Assembly: GCA_014905635.1 (NCBI GenBank)
Contig: JABVCE010000012.1
Span: forward strand, 1,116,001-1,180,000
Direction of reading: 5' to 3'
DNA length: 64,000 nt
Source: Scenedesmus sp. PABB004
Taxonomy: Eukaryota
Shown here: one piece after another, positions 1 to 9,400 of the stretch
Layout of the letters: each line of letters opens with the position of its first letter
How positions within the stretch are numbered: position 1 is the stretch's first letter
The notes under the pieces: model-generated
Seen by the model: only the letters and a program-made list of their open reading frames with translations
The model's database searches: none
Told to the model about the DNA's origin: nothing
Program-made: the position numbers and the translations under genes

Positions 1-39
1 GCGCCCCGGCGCCGCGGCGCGCGCGCGCTCGCCCCGCAG

Positions 40-267
40 GTGCTGCTGGACCCGCCGCGCGCCGAGCTGGAGGCGCGCCTCGCGGCGCGGGCGGGCGCGG
101 GGGGTCACTTCATGCCGGCGAGCCTCCTGGACTCGCAGCTCGCGGCGCTCAGCGTCGACCCGGGCGAGCTCTGGCTCTGCCTCGGCGGCGCTGCCGGCGC
201 CGCGCTGGGGCCGGTGGAGGAGGTCGTGGCGGCCATCCTGGAGCGCCGCGGGCAGGCCGGCGAGTGA
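40..267 (+). CDS. Last exon of a gluconokinase (GntK/IdnK-like); upstream exons outside the window
   Basis: Acceptor cgcag at 35-39, then VLLDPPRAELEARLAAR...GHFMPASLLDSQLAAL; HFMPxSLLDSQ is the gluconokinase lid motif; TGA ends at 267. Confidence 0.85.
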   Translation: MLLDPPRAELEARLAARAGAGGHFMPASLLDSQLAALSVDPGELWLCLGGAAGAALGPVEEVVAAILERRGQAGE

Positions 268-562
268 CCCCCGCCCCCGAGAGGGGGGGGGGGGCGTGAC
301 CTCACGCACTCAGCGTGCGCGCCCTGAGCTGCGCGCTCACCGGCGCGCGGCGGCGCGGCGCGCGGCCGGCGTGTGGCCAGCGAGCTGTCGGCGGCGCCGG
401 GCGCGCGCGCTCGGAGGCCTGCTGGACTGAGCCGGTGCTACCAGGACCAGCTCCATTGCAGCCGTGGGGAGTTGGGCGTCGTGCCCAGGGCCCTGTGTGA
501 TGAGGCCATCCACCGAGCGTGCCGGGAAGGGCCCCCCACACCTGCAAAATGGATCCACCATC

Positions 563-608
563 TGGTTCCACCCGGGATCGAACCGGGGACCTCCTCGGTG
601 TTAACGAG
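563..608 (-). tRNA. 3' portion of an interrupted tRNA-Val(AAC): anticodon arm, T-arm, acceptor strand
   Basis: Minus strand reads CTCG-TTAACAC-CGAGG-AGGTC-CCCGG-TTCGATC-CCGGG-TGGAACC-A, with TTTT downstream (plus 546-549 aaaa). No D-arm or 5' acceptor strand is adjacent. Confidence 0.9.
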
Positions 609-942
609 CGGCGGCGGGCTGGTCCATGGTTTGTTGCCTCGGTCAAGTGTTACCGACACGCGCACCCGCGAGCGCGGCCCCCACCCAACCACCACCTCAA
701 CGCGGCCGACGCAGCCAACGCCTCGCCGCCGTCGCCTCGCCTCCACCGCCGGCCTGCCCGCAGCCGCCGCCGCCGCTGAGCCGCCAACACCTCCGTCGCG
801 CGCAGAGCGCGCCCGGAGGTGCCCCCGGAGCCCAGCACCACACGCGCCCAAACAGCGTCGCGGCGGCCGCACCAAGCACACGCCCGCACGCAACACCAGC
901 TGGCGCCTCGCGCACTGCCGGGCATCACACACGTACATGCAC

Positions 943-2395
943 TCACGCGAGGCGCTGCAGCGTGGGCTGCGCCACGCACAGCGCGACGCCCCGCTCGCGC
1001 GCCCAGGCGCACAGCTGCTCCAGGCCGCCGCGAGCCAGGCGGTCCTGGTGCATGGCCAGGATGACGTTGCAGCCGCCGCTGGCGAGGGTCTGCAGCACCT
1101 TGAACAGGTGGTGGTCGTGCGGCAGCTGCTCGCCAGGCGGGCAGAACACGCTGCCCACCAAGCGCTCCAGGCGCGAGGGCCGCGCGTCGCCGCGGCCCGT
1201 GATGACGACGGTCGCGTCCACGATGGCCGCGTACTGGCGCAGGAAGCTCTCGCCGTCCCCGACCTGCGCCTCGGTCGACACGCGGACGAGCGCGCCGAAG
1301 ACGAGCGGGCCGGCGGGCAGGCGCAGCTCGTCGCGCGCCGCCCGCTGCGGCGGCAGCAGCGCCGCCAGGGGTGGGGCCTGCCCGCCGGCGGCGGCGGCCG
1401 CCGCAGCGTCGCGCAGTAAGGCATTGATGTCGCCCATCCGCCCGCGGCCGACGAGGGCGAGGCGGCTGCTGCCGGCCGCGAGCGCCGCGCCCTCGCTGGC
1501 CGCGGCGGCCTCCGCCGCCAGCAGCGCGGGCATGCCGATGTTGCTCGCGGTGATGAGGAATGGCAGCGACGTCAGCTGCACGGCGTTGGGGTTCGCCTCC
1601 GCGCGCGCCGCGCCGCGCTCGCGCTCCTCCAGCGCGATGGCAAGCCACGCGGCGCGCGCGTCGGCGGCCAGGCTCTCCGCGGCGGGCGCGCCGATGAGCA
1701 GCGCGACAAAGGCGCGGGCGAGGCCGGCGCGGCCGCCCTCCTCGATGCCGCTGAGCTCGCGCGCGCCAGCGGGTGCGCCGGCCTGGCGCAGCAGCGCGTT
1801 GACGACCGGCAGCGGCGCCAGCAGCACGAGCACGTCGAGGCTGTCCTCGCCGACGAGCGCGGCGAGGGCGCCCTCGCAGCGCGACGCGCGGCTGACCTCC
1901 GTCACAGCGACGAGGCCGCGCCCGCCCGCCGCCGGCGGCGGCGGTGGGGCCGGCGGCCGCCGCCGCCGAGCTGCTGCCGGCCGCGCTGCCGGCGCTGTCG
2001 CACTGGCGCACGGCGCGGCTGCCGCCGGCGGCGCTGATCGCGGCGAGGGGCGCCTTGCGCGCCTCGTCGCAGCTGGCCGAGGCCGACTGCCGCGCAATGT
2101 GCACGGGCGTGTCGGCCGGCACCATGGCGGACAGGTGGGCCTGCTGGTGGCCGGCCGCCCCGCCGCCGGTGCCCTTGCTCGAGCGCGCGAGGCGCGCGAC
2201 GCGGCGGTAGCGCACGGTGATGGCCATGACGGTGCGGCGCGTCAGCAGCACCTGGGGGTGTATGGCCTTGGTCCGCACAGCTAGCGCCGCCTTGCCCGAC
2301 AGGCGCGTGCTGGCCGCGCCGCTCGCGCCCAGCAGCTGGGCGGCGTATGCCGCGTCGTAGTCCAGGTTGGCCTGCGGCGTCTCGACGGGGTGCAT
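943..2395 (-). CDS. Serine recombinase (resolvase / IS607-TnpA-like) protein with two catalytic-type domains; one frameshift near 1920-1990
   Basis: C-terminal domain: GALVRVSTEAQVGDGESFLRQ (Ser codon 1276-1278) and VILAMHQDRLARGGLEQLCAWARERGVAL (DRLAR 1030-1044). N-terminal domain: RRVARLARSS, LVAVTEVSRASR and WLAIALEERER. ATG at 2395 is in a different frame from ORF 943-2097. Confidence 0.8.
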
Positions 2396-2949
2396 GGTCG
2401 GCCCTGCGCTGGGCGGAGTGCGACGATGGGCGGCGGCGCGCGCGCGCGCGTGAGCAGCGCACGAGCAGCGGCGCGCGCAGCAGCAGCAGCGGCAGGGGCG
2501 CCCGGCGCCGCCCCACGCGGGGCGAGTACCCACGCCTGGCAGCACAGCGCAGCAGCGGGCCTGGCGCAGCACGCCGCGCGACGGCGCGGGCGCAGCGGAG
2601 CGGGCGCGGCGCGGCGGAGTGCTGCGCGGGTGAGTGCTGCGCGAGCGGCGGGTCTTCAGCGCCCGTGCGGTGCGTCACGCGATTGCAGGTGGGGGCACTG
2701 TGCGGCGGGTTGGCGACTCGCGTGCGTCGCGGCGGCACGTCAAAAGGGCGCAGCGACGATGACTCGTCGCGCTGCGCCTGCGTGCCTTTGCATCGCACGC
2801 AGGCGCGCTCCCCGCGTTCCAGCGGCCCCGCTCGCTGCGACGAGGCGCCGCCCAGGCGCAGCGGCAGCCCGGAGGCATTGCTGCCGGCACGCGCTCGGCG
2901 CGCGCTGCGCCGGCCGCCGCCCGCCGCGCTGCCCCTGGCGCCGCCTGCG

Positions 2950-4505
2950 ATGGCGGCGCAGCCGGACCGCAAGCGCCCGTTCGAGGTGCGGCGGCCGTGG
3001 CGGCGCGGCCGCGGCGGCGGCGCGATCAGCAGCAGCAGCAGCAGCGCCGCGGCGACCGCCCGCGCCCGCGCGCGCGGCGCCGCAGGGCGACGACGGCGAC
3101 GCCATGGCCGGCGAGGACGGCGGCCCCGAAATTGCCACCGACACCGAGGGCAGCGACGACGACGAGGTGCGCAGCCGGCACGCGTCGGCCGCGGCGGCGC
3201 GGCGGCGCGGCGGCGCTGTCCGCGACCCACGCGCGCCCCATGCGCCGCCGGGCGCCGCCCCTGCTCGCGCCACAGGCCTACGACGTGCCCGGCAGCACCG
3301 CCGCCCTGCCGGACGGAGAGGTGCGCTCGCGGCGCGTGTGGGGGCCGCAGACTCCGCGCCGCCGACCTCGCGCGCGCCGCGCCACGCGCGCGCTGCCGGG
3401 CTCTGCCGGCCGACTCGCGCGCGCCGCCGCCGCCGCCGCCGCCGTGGTGCAGCTGTTCGACCTGGCCAGCCTGCCCGTGTTCGCGGCCGGGCTCCTGGCG
3501 GTGCAGGGCAGCGCGCCGCTGCAGCTGTCCAGGGTCACCGTGGCCCGCGCCGCGCCGGCGCGCCGCGAGGCGCGGGCTGTCGGGTGCAACGGCAACTGCC
3601 CCCTGCTGAGCTCCTGTATGGTGCCGGGCTGTGCCGGCTACGTGCCCGTGCACGGGCCCGGCTTGCTGGCGATGGCCGCAGCGCGGCGGGCGGCGCCGCG
3701 CGACAGCGTTGGCCGCGACCCCGTGTCGGCGCGCGCCGGCCGCGCCAGCGCCGTCGCGGGGCAGCAGCGCCGCGCGGCGGCGGCGGCCGCGACCGGCGAG
3801 CTGGAGCTGCCCTTGTGCGTGACGTTTGAGGCGTGGAGCGGCAAGTACCGCGCGACGCTCAACCTAACGCTCAGCGGCAAGCGCGCCGAGCCGGCTGGCT
3901 CCTCGGCGGCCGCTGCCGCGGGCGCCACCGTCGCCGAGGGTGCCGCCGCCAAGGGCGCCGCCGCCAACGACGCCCCCAAGACCCTCGCTGCCTACCTCGC
4001 CGGCGCCGCGGCCGCCGCTCGCGCGGCGGCCGGCGAGGCCGCCGCCGCCGCCGCCGCCCGGGGCGGCGCCGAGGCGCCTGGCACGCGCAGCGCGTGGGCG
4101 CTGGCCGTGCGCGTGCTGGAGCAGGCAGCCAAGCTGGCCGGGGGCAGCAAGCCGCCGACCGCGGCCAAGGCCGAGCTGCGCGCCGCGCGGCGCGCCGATG
4201 TGCGGGACGCAGCGGCGGACGCCGCGCTGGTCCGCGACGTGGCGCACTGCGTCAGGCTGCGCGACTCATCGCAGGACGACCGCGGCGCGTGGTGGTCCAG
4301 CGCAGCGGGCCTGCCGCCGTGGGCGGAGCTGCAGGGCCTCGCCGCGCGCGCCGCCGCGGGGCAGGCCTTCCTGGACATCATGCTCCCCGAGCTCAAGAGC
4401 GCCGACACGGTGCGCGGCGCGGGGGCGATGCTTGCGGCGCCGCCGGCGCCGCCGCGGCCGCTCGGTCGCGTGCCTGCGCTGACGCGCCGGCGCTCTGCCC
4501 GCAGG

Positions 4506-4551
<46 letters not shown>

Positions 4552-5163
4552 CGACGGCGCCAACGGCGCCGGCGGCGCCGGCGAGGGCATCACGCGCGTC
4601 ACGGGCGTGAACAAACACAACGGCGGCTGGCGCGGGCTCTGCTACGTCACGCTCAGCAAGGGCGAGAGCGCCCTCACGCACCACGTCCCCACCCTCGAGC
4701 AGCGCCAGCAGGCGGCGGCGGCCGCCGCCGCGGCCCCGGGGCGGCGCTGCCCCAGCAGCTCGCGGTGGCGGCGCTGGGCGCGGCGCTGGGCGCGGCGCGG
4801 CAGGCGGAGACGGCGGCGCAGGCGGCGGTGGCGGCGCGGGACCCGGCGCCGGACCCGGCGGACGTGCCGGCGGCGGCGGCGGCAGTGGCGGAGGCCGCGG
4901 CAGCCGACCTGCCCAGCGTGCCCGTGAAAGTCTACGGCCCCACGCGCCCCGCCAGCCGCGCGGGCCACGGCCGCGCAGTCGAGGACCTGCGCATCCTGGA
5001 GCGCGCGGCGCACCTCGCCGGCCTGCGCGAGGCGGCGGCGCCGCCCGGCGGCGCGCCGCCGCTGCCCGCGTATGCGGCGCTCGACGGGCGCGCGGCGCGC
5101 GAGGCCGCGGCCACCGCCCTGTGCGCCAAGTCACGCGAGCGGCTCGCCGAGCTGCCCGCCTGA
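2950..5163 (+). CDS. Spliced hypothetical protein with two internal AP2-like repeats (element cargo)
   Basis: Frame-preserving GT-AG introns 2986-3085, 3167-3275 and 4410-4504. Repeat 1: LPLCVTFEAWSGKYRATLNLTLSG...VRVLEQAAKLAG. Repeat 2: ITRVTGVNKHNGGWRGLCYVTLSKG...LRILERAAHLAG. Apparent frameshift at a C/G run near 4735-4742. Confidence 0.55.
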
Positions 5164-5563
5164 GAGCTCCTGGCCGGGCGGCCCCGCCGGAGGGGCCGCG
5201 GGCGGCCGCGGGCCGGCGGCTGGCTGCGCGGGCGCGCGTGTGCGGGGAGAGTTGGCGGCGGGGCCGGCCCTGTCCAGCCGCGCGCGCGGGGCGAGAACGC
5301 CGTGCGAGTGCATGCGTGTCGCGCCGGGCGTCGTAAAGCTGGCCGCGGCGCAGTCCCCTGGCCGGCGCGTGCCTGGCCGGCGCGTGCCCGCAACTGCTCC
5401 CCCCTCCCCCGCGCCCCGCGACGGCAGCGCACGAGCACGTCGAGGTTGTCCTCTACGCAGCTCGGCGCATTTTGAGATATGACATATATATATGAGTAGT
5501 CTATCGGAGGTGTCATTCAGACTTGATTACTCTGAAACGCAAAAAGCCCATTCGCGGATACAG

Positions 5564-5637
5564 GGTTCCATGGCGTAGTTGGTTATCGCGCTCGCCCGAC
5601 ACGCGAGAGGTCCCCGGTTCGATCCCGGGTGGAACCA
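5564..5637 (+). tRNA. Complete tRNA-Val with GAC anticodon and C33, carried inside the element
   Basis: GGTTCCA/TGGAACC acceptor stem, GCG/CGC D-stem, CTCGC-CCGACAC-GCGAG anticodon arm (GAC at 5598-5600), GGTTCGATCC B-box, discriminator A. Confidence 0.9.
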
Positions 5638-5639
5638 TG

Positions 5640-5647
5640 TTTTTTTT
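5640..5647 (+). terminator. RNA polymerase III oligo-T terminator of the carried tRNA
   Basis: Eight T residues beginning 3 nt after the discriminator base. Confidence 0.85.
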
Positions 5648-5895
5648 ATGAACGGTTGTTCTCGGGGCGCGCCATCGGGCGTCCATTTTGCACCGCACAC
5701 GCCCTGTTGGCCCGTCCCTCGGTGTGTGTGCGCGGAGACAACACTGAGTGTGTGCGGGCGACGCTTTTGGGCGTAGGCGTGGCCACGGGCGGCAGCTGCG
5801 CGCGAATGACTGGCAAACTTGAAGGGGTCCGTGTGTGCGCCGTAGGCGCCTGTTCACCCCAGGTAACGCCCTTCTTCCGCGATTTCTCGGTGGAC

Positions 5896-5929
5896 AACGA
5901 GGTGTCATAACCAACTAGACCATGGAACC
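5896..5929 (-). tRNA. 5' portion of the interrupted tRNA-Val(AAC): acceptor strand, D-arm, start of anticodon arm
   Basis: Minus strand reads GGTTCCA-TG-GTCTAGTTGGTTATGAC-A-CCTCG-TT. GGTTCCA pairs with TGGAACC and CCTCG pairs with CGAGG of the 563-608 portion. The upstream flank is AT-rich. Confidence 0.9.
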
Positions 5930-6175
5930 GCACGATTTGCGCGGCGGACGATCCGGTGTCGATGCCTACTGCGACAATGTTGATGTATTTAAAAACCACA
6001 ACTGAAAATCGCGGCGCGGCATGGGCAGAACGAAATGCCCAAAAAAGAAATCAAAAATAATCAAATAACGGCGCATGATCGCTGGCCTGGCCTGGCCTGG
6101 CCGCCTCGCACTTGGAGGACACAGACACGTGCGGTGGCGGGGAGGGAGTTGGTCAGGCCCGCCAGGCGTTCCGAT

Positions 6176-6310
6176 GTGGGACGCTCAACCGCCCGGAGCG
6201 TACCGGGCCCCGCCGTGTAACCAGCAACAACAACCTCGCGTGGGACGCTCAACCGCCCGGAGCGTACCGGGCCCCGCCGTGTAACCAACAACAACAACAA
6301 CAGCCTCGCG
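6176..6310 (+). repeat. Two 48-nt direct repeats (period 64), each ending TGTAACCA and followed by (CAA)n and CCTCGCG
   Basis: 6176-6223 is identical to 6240-6287. Confidence 0.9.
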
Positions 6311-6410
6311 CGCGGGCGACGCGCCGGCGGCAGCGGCGGCCGGCGGCGACGGGCGCTCGCCCTCCGCGCCCACCGGCGAGGAGCTGGCACCGACGCCGCC
6401 GCCGGCGGCC

Positions 6411-9400
6411 GTGGACGCGCCGCCGGCAGTGGGGGCGGACACCGTCAGCACCGCCGCGTGCGCGCCCGCCCGGGCCCGCGCGATGCGGGAGACCGCCCCA
6501 CGGCCGCAGGCCGGGTCGGGTCGCGCACCGGAGCCGGCGCCGGCCGGCGGCGTCGCTGGTGGCGAGCGGGCTGCGACTGCGGTTGGCGATGTAGCGTGCC
6601 CTCCCGTCAGCGGGCGCGTCGGGGCTGCCCGGCCCCGCGTGGAGGGGCCCGCCACGGCGGGCGGGGAGCAGCCCCGCCTGCTCGTGCCCGGCCCGGTGGC
6701 GGCGGGCAGCACGGCCGCGGCCGTGCGGGGCGGCGCGGTGCGCCCCGACCGCCGCGGCCGCGCCAAGCGGCCCCGCCTGGCGGGGCCGCCGCGCGGCGTG
6801 AAGCGCCGCGCCGCTGAGGAGCTGGCGGCGCCGCAGAGCCGCTGGCAGCGCAGCTGCTACGCCGGCGAGGGCTGCGGCAGCACCTGCGCCGCGGCCACCG
6901 ATGCGGCCTCCCGCGCCGGCGGCGGTGCCGTGGAGCGCCTGGCTGCGCGGCTGCGCAAGGTGCGCGTCGGCGACGGCGCGGCGCGGCCGCGGCGCCGCGG
7001 GCCGCCGCGCGGCGGCGCCGTCCCCGCCCCCCGCCCCCAAATGCCCAGCCGCGCTAGGCGGGCGCGACGCGCCGCGCCGGGCTGCGCTGCGCTCCGCGTG
7101 GTGAGCCACAACGTCGACGGCCTCGGGGCGCGGCTCAGCCCCCAGGCCGAACACGGGCTCCCCGTCGCGGAGTGGGGCCGGCCGGAGGCTGCGGCGCAGG
7201 TGTGGGTGGAGTTGGGCGCTGACGTTGTGCTGGTGCAGGAGGTCAGCATGCCGCGCGCGCAGCTCGACGGCGTGCTGAGGCGCATCAACGCGGCCGCCGA
7301 GGCGCACCACGCCGCAGTGCGTGGCGGCGCGCACGGCGGCTTCGACGCTGAGTTCTGCCTGGACGACGGCTCGGCAGGCGTCGCCATCCTTTGGCGGTGC
7401 AGGCTGGTCGAGCAGGAGGCGCTCAGTGTGACGCGGGCTGGCTGCGGTTGTGGCAGCGGCGGGTGCCGCAGCGACGACAGCCACTGCACAACGCCGCCCG
7501 CCAGGGGCAGGCTGCTCACAGCGCGCGTGCGCTGGGGCGGCCACACGCTGCGCCTGGCTAGCGTGTACTGCCCCAACGATGCTGCGGCGAGGGTGGCGCT
7601 GCTGGGCCCCGACGGCGCGGTCGGCCGCGCCTGGGCGGCCGCGCCCGCGGGCGGCGCCGTCTTTGCCGGTGATTGGAACTACGTGGAGGACCCGCCCGCG
7701 GACCGCCGGCGGCAGCGCGGCGGCGCGCCGGGTGCCGGCGAGTGCCCGGACGACGCGCGCTGCGCCGCCGCGTGGCGGGACGGGGCGCCGGGCGCGGTCG
7801 ACGCCTTCCGCTGGCGTCACCCCCGCACGCACGGCTTCACGTTTTTCCACCGAGGCAACGGCCACCTCGCACGGCTGGACCGGGCCTACGTTGCAGAGCC
7901 CCTCGCCCGGCACGTGCTGGCCTGCACGAGCCAGCCGGCGGCGGTGTCGGACCACGACCCGCTGGTGCTGGAGCTGCTACCGCGCGTGACGCCCTGCCCG
8001 CGCGGCCGCGGGCTGCCGCGCGCGCGGCTCCAGTTTTGGAGCTCGGCGGCGCTCCGCGGCGCGCTCCGGGAATGGCTGGCGGGCCAGGTGGACGGCGCGC
8101 CCGCGGACCCCAGGGCCCTGTTGCTCTGGTACCCCGGGTTCAAGCGCCGGCTCCTGGACAAGGAGCGCGAGCTCGCGCAGCTCTGGCGCAGGGTGCAGCG
8201 GCAGGAGCAGCAGCGTGCTGGCGGGCGCGAGCTACGGCGGCTCGCGGAGCGCGCCGCGGTGCGCGCGGCCGAGGCTGACGGGCAGCAGGAGCGCGAGGAG
8301 GCGCTAGCCGCCCTCACGGCGGCCCGCGACGCCCTGCGCCGACACGCGGCGGCTACGCTGCGGGCGAGCGCGCGCGTCCAGCGGCTGCGCTGGCTGCACG
8401 GCGGCGAGCGCCCATGCACGGGCATCACGGAGCAGCTGCGCGGGCTGGAGCGCGGCGCGGCGGCGGGCCGCGTTGTGGCCCTCCGCAGCGCCGCGGGCGA
8501 CCTGGTCACGCGGCGCGCCGGCCCGGCCGAGGTGGCCATTGCGCACTGGGCCGCGGTCAGCGCGCAGCCGCGCGTTGATGCTGCGGCCCGGGCGCGGGTG
8601 CTGGGCGCGGTGCGCCGCTTCCCAAGCGCGCCGGCGGCGGCCGACGGCAGGGGCGAGGTCACAGAGCACGAGGTCCAGCGCGCGCTGGCCGCGGCGCGGC
8701 CAGGCTCGGCCCCCGGGCCGGACGGCCTGCCCACCTTGCTCTGGCGGCGCTGCGGGCGGGTGCTGGCCCCGCTGCTCGCCCGCGTGTTCTCGGCGGTGGG
8801 GGAGCTCGGCGCGGTGCCGGACGGCTTCTTGGACGGTGCCGTCGTCGGCAATGACAAGGGCGGCGACCGCACCGCGCCGGCCAACTACCGGCCCATCACG
8901 TTGCTCAACGCTGACTACCGCCTGCTGGCGCGCGTGCTGGCCGACAGGCTGCAGTTTGTGCTGGGCGATGCCATCTCGCCCACGCAAACAGCCTTCATCA
9001 AGGGGCGGCGCATCGGCGAGAACATCCTGGCGGTCCAGCTCCTGCTGCACGCGCTGCCCGCGTCTAGCCGGGCGGCGGCGGCGCTGCTGGACTTCCAAAA
9101 GGCCTACGATACAGTGGATCGCGGCTTCCTCTTTGCCGTGATGCGCGAGATGGGGGTCCCGCCCGGCTTCCTGCGCTGGGTCCGGCTGCTCTTGTCGGAC
9201 ACGCGCGCGGTCGCCGTGGTCAACGGGTTCACGTCGCAGCCCCGCGCGTTCTGCGCGGGCATCCGCCAGGGCTGCCCCCTCTCCCCCCTGTTGTACCTCT
9301 TTGTGGGCGAGGCGCTCCTCCGCTTCCTGCGTGCGCACGACTTTGGCATCGCGCTGCCAGGGTCCTCTGCGCTGCTGCCGGGCCCCCGCCTGGTGGCCAC

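Larger units (their letters stand above)
603..5901. mobile_element. ~5.3 kb integrative element inserted in tRNA-Val(AAC), carrying a serine recombinase, an AP2-like protein and a tRNA-Val(GAC)
   Basis: AACGAG at 603-608 and 5896-5901. Removing the intervening DNA rejoins the two halves into a canonical tRNA-Val(AAC). Resolvase motifs are encoded inside. Confidence 0.85.

Noticed and set aside
421..545. Possible snoRNA next to the tRNA 3' portion (TGATGA at ~498)
   Set aside because: No convincing matching box D, terminal stem or H/ACA architecture.
2950..5163. TnpB/Fanzor partner for an IS607-like TnpA
   Set aside because: No RuvC D-E-D motifs or paired C-terminal CxxC zinc finger were recognisable; an HMM search is needed to exclude it fully.
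603..5901. Bacterial contamination or chimeric contig
   Set aside because: GC richness and Ala-rich coding style match the flanks, the cargo gene has spliceosomal introns, and both tRNAs have Pol III features.
563..5929. tRNA with a giant intron, or a permuted or trans-spliced tRNA
   Set aside because: The halves are in normal order, the break is not at the canonical 37/38 position, a minus-strand T-run (plus 5541-5545 aaaaa) would stop Pol III, I saw no complementary leader/trailer, and a recombinase inside explains the split better.
6176..6310. CRISPR-like repeat
   Set aside because: Only two units, the spacers are near-identical CAA runs, and there are no cas genes.
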